Shown one piece after another: positions 30,997-41,080 of a stretch of 64,000 nt of DNA. Position numbers and translations under genes: made by a program. This DNA is from a virus (lineage: Duplodnaviria > Caudoviricetes): positions 153,630 to 217,629 of the IMG/VR virus record IMGVR_UViG_3300001525_000584; one strand, written 5' to 3'. The notes under the pieces were generated by a model. That model was not told the DNA's origin and ran no database searches. It was given only the letters and a program-made list of their open reading frames with translations. The stretch's first letter is position 1. Every line of letters begins with the position of its first letter.

Positions 30997-31326
30997 ATGG
31001 TTGTTACAAAAGATCAGTTTATAAAAGGTGTTGTAAACTTTGTTGATTGCGAAATAGGCAAAAAAGTTTCCGGACTAAAAAAATTTGAAATTTATTTTAT
31101 GTTACCTTCACTTAATAAAATATTATCAGAAAAAATAGATATGCTGGCTGCAAGGTCAGAGTTATGTGAATTTTTTGATGAAGCGGGTAACATACGTTTA
31201 GATACAGTTGCAAATAGAGCAAAAGAGGCTATGCAGAAAACTATAAGATTAGACATACCTTTAATTGCAGTAACATTAGAAGAAGCAGATGTAGATGTTA
31301 TAAAGAATTATATTCAAAAAGCTTAA
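30997..31326 (+). CDS. hypothetical protein
   Basis: ORF followed by terminator at 31351-31385. Confidence 0.55.
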   Translation: MVVTKDQFIKGVVNFVDCEIGKKVSGLKKFEIYFMLPSLNKILSEKIDMLAARSELCEFFDEAGNIRLDTVANRAKEAMQKTIRLDIPLIAVTLEEADVDVIKNYIQKA

Positions 31327-31451
31327 TAATCTTAAATATATTTTTTATTTAAAAGTCATTCATATCTGGATGGCTTTTCTTTTTTGTTGCAAAATTTTTT
31401 ATGGGTAAATTGTATAAAATAGCGTAAACTTTTAGAAGGAGGCATATAATT

Positions 31452-31694
31452 TTGGCAGAACATTCTCCGATAAGGCATGATACTGAAGAGAACTGGGCAA
31501 AGGCTAAAAACTTTGTTCCACCTGCAGGTGTTATGATTATCTACGATGGCGTTTTAGAGAACGGTGTGTATAAAAAGTTGCCTAAAATAAAATTAGGCGA
31601 TGGAACTACTTTAGTGAATGATTTACCGTTTTTTGGTTTACAACCACTACAACCAAAGTTCACTACTGAAGAGAGCACACTCATTATCAATTAA
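31452..31694 (+). CDS. stand-alone Mtd-N-like domain protein
   Basis: RHDTEENWAKA.NFVP..G...KIKLGDGTTLVNDLPF. Confidence 0.6.
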   Translation: MAEHSPIRHDTEENWAKAKNFVPPAGVMIIYDGVLENGVYKKLPKIKLGDGTTLVNDLPFFGLQPLQPKFTTEESTLIIN

Positions 31695-31712
31695 ATGTAC
31701 CACAAATATTTG

Positions 31713-31720
31713 GCTAAATT
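31713..31720 (+). promoter_or_regulatory. GCTAAATT putative late promoter
   Basis: Recurrent motif. Confidence 0.55.
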
Positions 31721-31876
31721 CTTTATAAAAAGGAGCTGAAAAGGATGCTCTTTATATGCTAATTCATCTCTATTTGAAAATGATAATAGAGGAGCTAGCC
31801 TTTATAAATCATGGTGGAGATGTTATTAGCTAAAAGTGTTTTTAGCTAATTTTTTATTTTATAGAAGGAGGCGACG

Positions 31877-32488
31877 ATGCCCGAGATCACAAAAATTCGA
31901 GTAGCTTCGACTGATTATGACGTTCGAGATACTAGTAAATTAGAAAAGATAACCTATGAATATAATAAAGAAGTAACTGTTGGTACTTCTGCGAGTACTA
32001 TTTGTATAGGCAAGTTTCCGTGTGCTACAACTAATATCGCTGTAGATATAGATATGGTCGGTGGTAGTACTGTTTATCAGGGAACTTTAGTTGTTGCTGC
32101 AAATGGTGTTAATACTTCAGCAGGCGGTAGTGTTACAGCACAGCTGGAGGGTGACGCTAAAAATAATTTAACATCAAACATTTATTATCATTATGTTTCA
32201 GGCAGCAACGTTATCCCGATTTATTTAACAGCTCCTGCAAATGCCAGAGTAATTTTACATATTAAATGTGTGTCTCCAGCTTCTGCACCTACTGCGATCG
32301 CAACAACAGAAACTAAGCCCTCTACTGCGACTAAGAATCCAACCAGAGCTTTATCTTCCGCCAGTGTGAGTTATGCTAATTCTGCAGGTACTGCCACTAA
32401 GATTCAAAGCAAAACGATCACATTTAAAGATCTAGTCATCACAGACGGATCTACTACAACTACATACAGCGTTGCATGTGCTAGCTAA
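31877..32488 (+). CDS. tail fibre-associated protein
   Basis: ITKIRV...YDVRD start; ANSAGTATK repeat. Confidence 0.55.
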   Translation: MPEITKIRVASTDYDVRDTSKLEKITYEYNKEVTVGTSASTICIGKFPCATTNIAVDIDMVGGSTVYQGTLVVAANGVNTSAGGSVTAQLEGDAKNNLTSNIYYHYVSGSNVIPIYLTAPANARVILHIKCVSPASAPTAIATTETKPSTATKNPTRALSSASVSYANSAGTATKIQSKTITFKDLVITDGSTTTTYSVACAS

Positions 32489-32508
32489 AGAAGGGAAAAG
32501 AATAGTAT

Positions 32509-35500
32509 ATGGCAATTAAAAAAATAGAATTTGATGGAAAAACTTTAATAGATTTAACCTCAGATACTGTTACTGCAGAAAAAATGCGCAAAGATACAAC
32601 TGCGCATGATGCCAACGGTAACATAATCACAGGTACTATGGCTGATGGTACTATTTCAGCTTCTGATTCATCTATATCTGGAGGTTCATTTACCCCTACA
32701 TTAACTTATAATTCTTCTACGGGAAAATATGATTTTAGTGGTAGTAAAACTGTTTCAGGTACAGCTCATGCAAAAGTTACTACCGGTGGTTATATCGACA
32801 GCAGTAAAAATACTTCTAAAGCTTTGTCTGCAACTGTTTCCGCAACAGGTTCAGTAAATGCCACTACATGCAGCCATAGTGGTGGCGGATTAACTGCAAG
32901 TACGCCCACTGGCGGAGGATTATCTCAGGGTACAGCCTCTGGCGGAGGATTATCTGGCGGTGATGTCACTGGAGGCTCTTTAGGTGGCGGTGGACTAACG
33001 GCAGGAGCCGGCGTAGCCGCAGCCACTTCAAAAAACATGTCCTTAACAGCTACTACAGCAGGCTATACAGGTTACTTATTAACTGCGACAGGGTCAGGAT
33101 CTGTTACTAAGGCTACAATTACTCGTTCGGCTATTACGCGCGCAGCAGTGACACGAGCTACATTTACAAGACCTGTAACAAAAGCTGCATATTCTCGTAC
33201 AGTTACAAAAGCTACTATAACCTGTACTCATACTAAAGGGTATACTGAAGGTGGTACAGATTATATTCAGGGTGCTTCTACAACCATCTCTGAGTCTGCA
33301 GCTTCTTCTACTGTAACATTAGCAGCAGGATCTTTAGCAGCAAAAACCTATGATGCAGAAGCTTCTGCAGGAGAAACCAAATCTTCTAATACAGCAACTA
33401 AATATTATGCAGTTCCTGCAGCAAGTTGTACAGTCGCAGGAGGTGGATTAACTCAGGGTGCTGCAAGCGGTGGGGGCGTTTCAGGAGGTGATATCTCCGG
33501 AGGCACTTTAACAGCTAGTACAGGTTTTGCTACGCTTACTGTACAACCTCAGGTAACGCCTAGCATCGGAGGTACAGGTGTTGCTAGTGCTGCACAAACC
33601 AGCTATGGTCTTACTACAACAAAACCTTCAGGAACAGACGGAACCGATTATTTAACTTTTGATCCGGGTGCTACTTTTACACAACAGGCTAAGGCAAAGG
33701 GCAGAGGCTATGTATCTAGAGGTACTCTAACTCGTACAGCTATCAGTACAGCTGATGTCAGTAAAAATGTCAGCCGAGCAGCAGTAACAGATACACATAC
33801 AGAAGGATATTTACCTGCAAAGGCCGCTTCGGCAGTTATTAATGCTGCTACTATAACCGTTACTTTAAATGCAGGTTCAAAAGCTGCAGAAGTTAGTGCA
33901 TCCGCTGTAGCATCTTCTAACTGGTCTGCTGAGGTCACTTCTTCTGGCACCGTGAATTCCGGAACAAATTATTATGTACCTGTAGCAAAAGCTTCTGCAA
34001 CAAATGGTACAGCTTCTATTAAAACTCAGCCTACTGCAACAGCTACAACCACGGCAAGTTCTGCTTCTATATCTTCAACAGGTATTAAAACAGCAACTAG
34101 TGATACAGGATATTCTGTAACAGCTTCTGCTACTTCTGGTTCAGCAAGTGCTTCGGCTAATTCAGGTAACTCTACTGCAACGGGAGGTTCTGCTTCTGTT
34201 GGTAAAGGTATCACTGCAGGTGCTTCCGCTTCTGGTACTACAGCGACTTCAACAGCAGTAACTAAAGAAGCCTCTTCTGCAGCTAAAACAGCCTCTACTG
34301 TTATCTATATCCAAAAAGCAACTTTAAATAAAACAAATGGTACAGCTTCTGCAACAGCAAATGCAGGAACAGCTTCTATAGCTAAAACACCTACAGCTTC
34401 TGCTTCTGCTTCTCAGAGTGGTATGACAGCAGGTGTATCAGAAACAACAACTTCTTATTATTTTAAGAGTAGTGCTTCTGCAGCATCAGGTTATTCAACG
34501 GCAACTGGAGGTTCTGCAAGAGCTTATGTAACAGCTTCTTCTATAACGGTAACAGAAGGTTATACGGCAGCAGGATCTGTCTCGACAACAGCTTCTGATA
34601 CAGGAACAAAAACAGGCAGCAGTGCCACTTCAACAGAAAAAACAGCTTCTGATTCTTCTACTATTTATTTAAAAGCTTCGTCCTGTTCTCATACCGGTGG
34701 AGGTTTGACACAAGGAACTGCATCAGGAGGAACTTTATCGCAGGGAACTGCTGATGGAGGCGGATTATCTGGCGGAGACATCTCAGGTGGATCCATATCA
34801 GGAGGTGGATTAACTGTTTCTAGTTCTGCTTCTATGACATCTTCTAAAGTCTCTGTAGCAGAAACCACATCTGGTTATACAGGTTACTTATTAACTGTAA
34901 CAGGATCAGGATCTGCAACCAGAGCAACCATCACGAGAAGTGCTATTACGAGGGCTGCTGTTACTAGAGCAACATTTACACGCCCAGTAAATATGTCTGC
35001 ATTTTCTCAAACTGTTACAAAAGCCACAGTAACATGTACGCACACTGCTGGATATAGACCGGCTGGATCTGATTATATGACTAGCGGTACTTCTACTGTA
35101 TCTCATTCTGCAGCTTCTTCTACTGTAACATTAGCTGCAGGATCTTTAGCTTCCTCAACAGGTTCTGCAGCATATTCAAACAGTACTTCTGATTCATCTA
35201 CTTCTACAAAGTATTATAAAATAGATAGCGCGTCACATGCTTATAAAGGCGGTGATTTATCACAAGGACCTATATCCGGCGGTACGTTGACCATAAGCTG
35301 TACTGGCGGTGGCATAAGTGGTTCAGGCGGTGGTGGTGGCGCCCTGGCTGGAGGTACTTTAACAGCAGGTTCAGGATATGCTTCCGCCACAGCAGCTAAT
35401 GGTATATCTATTTCTGCAACTACCGCGGGATATACAGGGTATAGATTAACAGTGCAAGGATATGGTTCGGTCACCCGGAGTACTATTACGAGAAGTGCTA

Positions 35501-36807
35501 TAACGGCACCTGATGTAACATATGCTACACTGAATATAACGGCCAATTCTTCGGCTTTTTCTCAAACTGTTACGAAGAGCACTTTAACACGTACAGGCTA
35601 TGCCGGTTATGCTTCAGGTGGTTCTGAATATCGCGTAAGTGAGTCATCTACAGTTAGCAAGGTCGCAGAAACTAAAACTCTTATAGTTCCTGCGGAAACA
35701 TCCGCAGGAGGCACAATAGAATCCGCAGCATATATAAAATCAGAGTCCAAAACTTCTAGCACCGCCACGGCGTATTATGCGGTAACAGTTCCGAGTGCAA
35801 CATGGGCTTCTACTGTGGTCACAACTACTACGTCTGGATATGTTCCTTTAGTTACATCTGCTGGGTACACTGCTGCAGTATCTTTGCAAACTCTTGAAGT
35901 GCCTAACTCAAAGATGCTTTCTGAGCTTAATATTTATGGCAGCATCACCTCGGCTTCTATTGAGGGCAGTAGTTCTTCGGCTGGCTATATAAGTATTTTC
36001 ACAAATGGTAACACTACTACAACTAGTTACCCTGCGAGAATAGGTACTTTTAATAACCATGGAGGTTATTATGGCTTAGGCGTCATAGATACCCTGGAGA
36101 ATGGCCAGGCTACACATACTGTAGGCAACTCTGGAAACATAACAACTCTTAATAATCATAACTGCGGAAAAATTGCCACTTTAAATAATGGCGATACAAC
36201 CACGGGAACGTATTATGGTACTATTTCGCAACTAAATAATCAGGCAGGCGGAAAAATTACTGCGCTTTCGAATAGTGGCACCATTTCTACGCTTTCGAAT
36301 AGTGGTACTATAACCAGCTTATCTAATACTTCTGGTACAGTGCACATAACAAGTGCATCGGCTTCCAGCTCGGCCCAAGTCTATGTAACTGCCAAGCTTG
36401 CTGGGTATGCGCTGCCAGAGAAATTAGTAGTTTCCGGGGCTACCTGGTCGCGTTCGCCTACATCTACCTGTTCAAACGCGACATCTAGCGCTGATGTTAT
36501 TAAAGGGGGACAATATGTATTCATAAAATACGGGGGTAATGTAGCACCTTATTATTGGTCATCTAGTTCATGGTCTCGTATGAGTACCAGCGGCACTTAT
36601 GTACAATACATGTCCGTAGGCTCCTCATATAGTATACCTATATATGTTACGGATTCTGCGTCCTCGATTTACTTAGGCGGTGGTGTAAGTAGCTCGTATA
36701 CACCTAGTACCTGGACATCTTCGATAACCCCCAGCATCGGAGTATTCTTTTTAAATGTACATGTCCTAAGTACCTCTAATAGTGTTATATGGCTATCTCA
36801 AGGTTAA
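32509..36807 (+). CDS. 1432-aa Ser/Thr/Gly/Ala-rich repetitive tail fibre/adhesin
   Basis: GKTLIDLTSDTVT...TAHDANGNIITGTM phage fibre N-terminus; four internal modules; beta-helix-like C-terminus. Confidence 0.7.
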   Translation: MAIKKIEFDGKTLIDLTSDTVTAEKMRKDTTAHDANGNIITGTMADGTISASDSSISGGSFTPTLTYNSSTGKYDFSGSKTVSGTAHAKVTTGGYIDSSKNTSKALSATVSATGSVNATTCSHSGGGLTASTPTGGGLSQGTASGGGLSGGDVTGGSLGGGGLTAGAGVAAATSKNMSLTATTAGYTGYLLTATGSGSVTKATITRSAITRAAVTRATFTRPVTKAAYSRTVTKATITCTHTKGYTEGGTDYIQGASTTISESAASSTVTLAAGSLAAKTYDAEASAGETKSSNTATKYYAVPAASCTVAGGGLTQGAASGGGVSGGDISGGTLTASTGFATLTVQPQVTPSIGGTGVASAAQTSYGLTTTKPSGTDGTDYLTFDPGATFTQQAKAKGRGYVSRGTLTRTAISTADVSKNVSRAAVTDTHTEGYLPAKAASAVINAATITVTLNAGSKAAEVSASAVASSNWSAEVTSSGTVNSGTNYYVPVAKASATNGTASIKTQPTATATTTASSASISSTGIKTATSDTGYSVTASATSGSASASANSGNSTATGGSASVGKGITAGASASGTTATSTAVTKEASSAAKTASTVIYIQKATLNKTNGTASATANAGTASIAKTPTASASASQSGMTAGVSETTTSYYFKSSASAASGYSTATGGSARAYVTASSITVTEGYTAAGSVSTTASDTGTKTGSSATSTEKTASDSSTIYLKASSCSHTGGGLTQGTASGGTLSQGTADGGGLSGGDISGGSISGGGLTVSSSASMTSSKVSVAETTSGYTGYLLTVTGSGSATRATITRSAITRAAVTRATFTRPVNMSAFSQTVTKATVTCTHTAGYRPAGSDYMTSGTSTVSHSAASSTVTLAAGSLASSTGSAAYSNSTSDSSTSTKYYKIDSASHAYKGGDLSQGPISGGTLTISCTGGGISGSGGGGGALAGGTLTAGSGYASATAANGISISATTAGYTGYRLTVQGYGSVTRSTITRSAITAPDVTYATLNITANSSAFSQTVTKSTLTRTGYAGYASGGSEYRVSESSTVSKVAETKTLIVPAETSAGGTIESAAYIKSESKTSSTATAYYAVTVPSATWASTVVTTTTSGYVPLVTSAGYTAAVSLQTLEVPNSKMLSELNIYGSITSASIEGSSSSAGYISIFTNGNTTTTSYPARIGTFNNHGGYYGLGVIDTLENGQATHTVGNSGNITTLNNHNCGKIATLNNGDTTTGTYYGTISQLNNQAGGKITALSNSGTISTLSNSGTITSLSNTSGTVHITSASASSSAQVYVTAKLAGYALPEKLVVSGATWSRSPTSTCSNATSSADVIKGGQYVFIKYGGNVAPYYWSSSSWSRMSTSGTYVQYMSVGSSYSIPIYVTDSASSIYLGGGVSSSYTPSTWTSSITPSIGVFFLNVHVLSTSNSVIWLSQG

Positions 36808-36827
36808 ACAACATAAATTTAACTAAA

Positions 36828-36870
36828 ATAAAAAATACCTGATCTTCTCCTCGATCAGGTATTTTTTTAT
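36828..36870. terminator. bidirectional terminator between convergent blocks
   Basis: AAAAAATACCTGATC...GATCAGGTATTTTTT. Confidence 0.8.
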
Positions 36871-36883
36871 TCAAAACTTTAAA

Positions 36884-38023
36884 TTATTCAACAACTTTAC
36901 AGTCTATAACAGTAGTTTGCATTTCGCCTTTATAATCAGCAATTTTCTTAATAGTACCTTCGAGCTTTAAACCTTCTTCTAATTCAAATCCTGTAGAACA
37001 CGACCAAATAAAAACTTTACCATCCATACCTATTATTTTATAAACAGGATATGCAGGAGAATAATAACTATTTATATTTTTTAAATATAAAACTCTAAAA
37101 TCTTTAATAGTAAAAGTAACTTTATCTCCAACTGTTCCTAAAGAAGTTTGATTTACATTATTTTGAAGAGCCTGCTCTTTAGTTCTTTGTTGTACCAACC
37201 GCTGTTCATTTTTAAAATAAGAATAAATAGCAGATGTGATTAATCCTCCATCACGGGCTTCAAAAGATCTTTTACTCCATGCGGCCCATGCATTTGATAT
37301 ATAAGCAGAATTTTCAGCGTTTTCCAAATAATTAGTAACTTGTGCTACTTCTTCATCAGTTGCTTCAGGTAAATCAGCACCTCTAAAAACAGCCATGCTA
37401 AAAGCTAAGCCTGTAACACTGGACTGATAGCCATTATCTTTAACATATAGATAAGCTTTTCTTTTTACAACATCCATGGGCTCTACATAAGAATCAACAG
37501 GAACTTTTTCTAAGTTAAATATACCGTGATTTACATCATTATTTAACTTCTCTACTTCATTCATAACAGAAACTAAAGAAGTACATGCTTCTGCATTTAA
37601 TCCCTGTGTATATCCCTGAAGACATGTTTTTCCAACCTGTTCCCATTCATGCGTTGTTTCATTATAAATTAAATAAGTATCGTTTCGGTCTCTTTTAATA
37701 TGACAGTGTTCACATTCTTTATCCGCAGTTCTATAAATAATAGGGATATTATTTTCTAAAGTTTTATTAGCAACTCTGATAATATTTTGTTCAGGGCCAT
37801 GTTCTATGGTTGCAACAAATATCCATCCATTAATTTTATATTCACCCGAAACTTCTATTTTATCACATTTAATGTATTGAGTTGTATGAGCATTATCCTG
37901 ATATTTAACAGGTATGCCCTGCTCTAAAACATCGAAGATGACATGAGCTCCCTTATTTGTTATCCGCTTTACTTTTTTACGTAAATCCGAGACATAATAC
38001 TCAGGGATTAAATACTCAGCCAT
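36884..38023 (-). CDS. phage hypothetical protein with CxHC motif and C-terminal OB-fold-like region
   Basis: CEHC...R.R..TY...QVGKTC; start reassigned to ATG 38023 because TTG 38071 lies within the promoter motif. Confidence 0.6.
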   Translation of the reverse strand: MAEYLIPEYYVSDLRKKVKRITNKGAHVIFDVLEQGIPVKYQDNAHTTQYIKCDKIEVSGEYKINGWIFVATIEHGPEQNIIRVANKTLENNIPIIYRTADKECEHCHIKRDRNDTYLIYNETTHEWEQVGKTCLQGYTQGLNAEACTSLVSVMNEVEKLNNDVNHGIFNLEKVPVDSYVEPMDVVKRKAYLYVKDNGYQSSVTGLAFSMAVFRGADLPEATDEEVAQVTNYLENAENSAYISNAWAAWSKRSFEARDGGLITSAIYSYFKNEQRLVQQRTKEQALQNNVNQTSLGTVGDKVTFTIKDFRVLYLKNINSYYSPAYPVYKIIGMDGKVFIWSCSTGFELEEGLKLEGTIKKIADYKGEMQTTVIDCKVVE

Positions 38024-38061
38024 TATTTTGTGAAACTCCTTTGCAAATATTTTATTCGCAT

Positions 38062-38069
38062 AATTTAGC
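38062..38069 (-). promoter_or_regulatory. GCTAAATT putative late promoter
   Basis: Recurrent motif. Confidence 0.6.
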
Positions 38070-38288
38070 AAGGATTTTTAAGAACTTGCCCTTTACAACC
38101 TTTTATACAGCTTTAAGTAAAGAAAAAGGCCTATATTTTTAAGACCTTCATATTTGCTCTATAACGCGATTAAATTTGGGGGTATATATTTACTCGCCGG
38201 TACAAACAAAATCGCATAGAACTCAAATTTGCATGCTTAGAAACAAAAATAAACAAAAGGATGACCTTTTATGATCATCCTTTTCTTT

Positions 38289-38807
38289 TTAAACTATATA
38301 ACGTTGCAGATTATTCACAGGATCTTTTCTAAAAGCATCTGTTATATTAATCAGGTTATCCCCAACTCTTTTAAACATGACCTGATTAGAAAAAGGAAAA
38401 TTCAGAGGACCACAACTCTTTTTATGCCAGGTTGTTTGATCTCCTTCTGGTTTTCTCCAGCCACCTATTTTATAATAATCTAATACAGAAGCTAATTTTA
38501 AATCTAAGAAGTCTCTGCCTGAATACATACCAACTTTTAAATTATAAGTATTCTGAACAAACTTAGTTAAGTGATAAATGGTTTCATGATCATTATCACC
38601 GCCCATAAATCCTACTAAAGTTATACCTTCATTCTCTTTAATTAGTTTATGTAAAACTTCTGTGGTTAATTCTGTTCCTATGTCCTGAGCCAGATAAGAC
38701 TGAGAACACCCAGGACATTTATTAGGACAGTTAGATATATTTAAACACAAAGAGATCTCATCCGGGAACTCTGCAAATGTTACACTAGATTCTACTATTT
38801 TAATCAT
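38289..38807 (-). CDS. nrdG: anaerobic ribonucleotide reductase activase
   Basis: CPNKCPGC radical-SAM motif, EFPDEISL, MGGD; adjacent to nrdD. Confidence 0.9.
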   Translation of the reverse strand: MIKIVESSVTFAEFPDEISLCLNISNCPNKCPGCSQSYLAQDIGTELTTEVLHKLIKENEGITLVGFMGGDNDHETIYHLTKFVQNTYNLKVGMYSGRDFLDLKLASVLDYYKIGGWRKPEGDQTTWHKKSCGPLNFPFSNQVMFKRVGDNLINITDAFRKDPVNNLQRYIV

Positions 38808-39837
38808 TGAATTTTTCTGACTTTGTATCTGCATAGTATCTTCTGCGTGCTTCTATTTGCCGGGCTTCAGTAAAGTTAGAGACCCTCTTGATGTACCCCA
38901 CGATGCGCGTAATCCAATCTATATTATCCGTACCGCACACAGGGCATTCTTTTAAATATCTTTTATCGATATGACCACACTCGTTACAACACGTATTAGG
39001 GATATTAAAAGTAAAATAAGAACAGCCTTCTTTTGCTGCAACATCTAACAGTGCTCTATACTGAGCCTGACTTAGATGTGCATCGAGATTTGCATGCAGC
39101 GCACTGCCGCCATCGAGATTTTTAATGAATTTATCGCCGTGTAGTTTAATCTTATCTAATACGCTGTATGTTGGATCTTCAACAGGATAAAAATAAGAAT
39201 TATATAGGTTTCTATTTTTAGGTACCCAGTAACCATCTTTTTTATCCCAGTTATATAGCTTGGTGGAGCAATTTTCCCCCGGGACCATTTCTGAATTATA
39301 TTTAATGCCTTCAGTACGATCCTCTATATTAATCTGTTTGATCTTTGATAAAATATTATCAACAAAAGTTGCATATTCTTCGTTATTAGCTTTAGGTTCG
39401 ATCTTTAGATATTCAGCAGCTTCGAGTAAACCATTTAATCCTACAGTTAAGTACTGATCTTCTAATGCGATATATCCTGCAGAATAAACAGTTAATATGC
39501 CTGCTTCATAAAGTTCTTTTAACCAACCGTTCCATGCTAAAAGATATTTATGAACTCTTCTAACGATGTTTCCGATATAATCTTCTAAAGGTTGTTGTCT
39601 GCCTGCACGATCCCAGTCCTGCGTGATTCTATTTAAGTTGAGCGTAATAACTTTTTTAGAACCTGTTCTTAAGCCTCCAGCACCTAAAGTATAACTGAAT
39701 ACATTATTTTCTATGCCATTTTTTAATCTGCAATTATGTGTTAAAATGTTATTGGCAAAGAAAAAATGATTTTTGGATAATTCTATGTCGTACACTTTAC
39801 CACAGTCTTTTACTACTTTTATATTTTTAATTTTCAT
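38800..39837 (-). CDS. nrdD: split intein C-half (35 aa) plus NrdD C-terminal half
   Basis: VYDIEL...FFANNILTHN/CRL; glycyl-radical loop TRIVGY; two CxxC Zn motifs. Confidence 0.92.
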   Translation of the reverse strand: MKIKNIKVVKDCGKVYDIELSKNHFFFANNILTHNCRLKNGIENNVFSYTLGAGGLRTGSKKVITLNLNRITQDWDRAGRQQPLEDYIGNIVRRVHKYLLAWNGWLKELYEAGILTVYSAGYIALEDQYLTVGLNGLLEAAEYLKIEPKANNEEYATFVDNILSKIKQINIEDRTEGIKYNSEMVPGENCSTKLYNWDKKDGYWVPKNRNLYNSYFYPVEDPTYSVLDKIKLHGDKFIKNLDGGSALHANLDAHLSQAQYRALLDVAAKEGCSYFTFNIPNTCCNECGHIDKRYLKECPVCGTDNIDWITRIVGYIKRVSNFTEARQIEARRRYYADTKSEKFND

Positions 39838-41080
39838 ATAAAGTTTCCGCCTCCATGTCCTTGCGGACTTCTAATTCTTTATAATCTATATTTTTATGAT
39901 TTTTATATTCAGGAGTTATATTATGCAATATGCGGCTACGCCGATTCGCAGGCATTAAGCATGATATATGCATTTTGTCTTCAAGCAGCTGTTGCCTACA
40001 AAAATCATAAAGCACCTCGTCTGGTACTTCTTTTATATGCAGATAAAGACATAAACCTTTATAATCGGTTATGCGTAACTGTTTGTGCTGTACCGCCAGG
40101 CTCTTTTTTAGGTTTGTATACTTCTCTACATCTACTTGCTTTTTGTTTGCCTTTATTTCGAAAAGTTCTTGTGGATTTTGATCCAATATAAAATCCGGAA
40201 TATAACTGGCTTTAGCGCCTTCAAATAATTTTACAACTTCAGGCTCATACAAAAACCCTATATTATTTATATACAAAGTGTATGCAACTTTAAATTCTGT
40301 AAAGCTTCTAAAATGCTTATGCACCCCTAGGGTATCGCAGCGTATATGCAATCCTCGAGGACCTAAAAAGTTATTATCCGCGCGTGTCCAATATTTTGCC
40401 TGCGCGTAGCTGATTTTCTGGCGTACCTCAGCACTTTTTGAAGGATTATTTTCTCCGGCAACTCTTTTGGATATTTGCATTTTATTTGCATAGCCTGCCT
40501 CTGATGCATAAAAAAGTTTTTTACTCTGGGCTACTTTTTTATTGTGGGCCTCTGAGTGTACGGCCTTTAATGTTACATCCCAGCCAAACTCTGTACAATA
40601 ATTCTCCCACGCATATTTATGACTGCGAGTCACGTGATCTTTTAAATTACTGTAAAATTTGGAGCAAATTTGACACTTAAGTATTTTTGGATTTATTACT
40701 CGTGGCGCCTTTGCGCCGGATGTTTTTTGCTGCCTGCATCTTTTAAGTGTTATGGGGATTTTTGGAAACATCTGCCTGAATGTTGTTGATGAATATCCAT
40801 GCACATCTTTTATATGACGATACAGCGTATGCGAATACACCTTATTGCATAAGGGGCATGTGATATGGTCAGCAAGCCGCGCTTGCTCGTAAATCTTTAA
40901 TAGATCCTGGTACTCTTTTTCTATATCCCTGTGTGCCTGACTAATATGTTGTTGTAAGGACTGCTCCTGAAAAGTTTTCCTGTATCGCTGACCGCAAAGG
41001 GGACATACTGGAGCCCCCTCATGCTTTTCTGTATCAAATTTTCTGTATAATAGTTGGTACTCCTGTTGCGTCGTTAACAT
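39827..41080 (-). CDS. free-standing putative homing endonuclease (C2H2 zinc fingers, NUMOD3-like, PD-(D/E)xK domain)
   Basis: Three CxxC...HxxxxH fingers; YEP...YIPDF...FEIKA nuclease motif. Confidence 0.75.
   Translation of the reverse strand: MLTTQQEYQLLYRKFDTEKHEGAPVCPLCGQRYRKTFQEQSLQQHISQAHRDIEKEYQDLLKIYEQARLADHITCPLCNKVYSHTLYRHIKDVHGYSSTTFRQMFPKIPITLKRCRQQKTSGAKAPRVINPKILKCQICSKFYSNLKDHVTRSHKYAWENYCTEFGWDVTLKAVHSEAHNKKVAQSKKLFYASEAGYANKMQISKRVAGENNPSKSAEVRQKISYAQAKYWTRADNNFLGPRGLHIRCDTLGVHKHFRSFTEFKVAYTLYINNIGFLYEPEVVKLFEGAKASYIPDFILDQNPQELFEIKANKKQVDVEKYTNLKKSLAVQHKQLRITDYKGLCLYLHIKEVPDEVLYDFCRQQLLEDKMHISCLMPANRRSRILHNITPEYKNHKNIDYKELEVRKDMEAETLYEN

Noticed and set aside
12538-35546. 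Many 60-146 aa antisense ORFs within structural genes
   Set aside because: Shadows of biased codon usage in long + strand genes; no SD or recognisable motifs.
32509-36807. Diversity-generating retroelement acting on the Mtd-N-like or other fibre genes
   Set aside because: No reverse transcriptase and no template/variable repeat pair with adenine-specific mismatches seen; internal repeats are protein-level modules.
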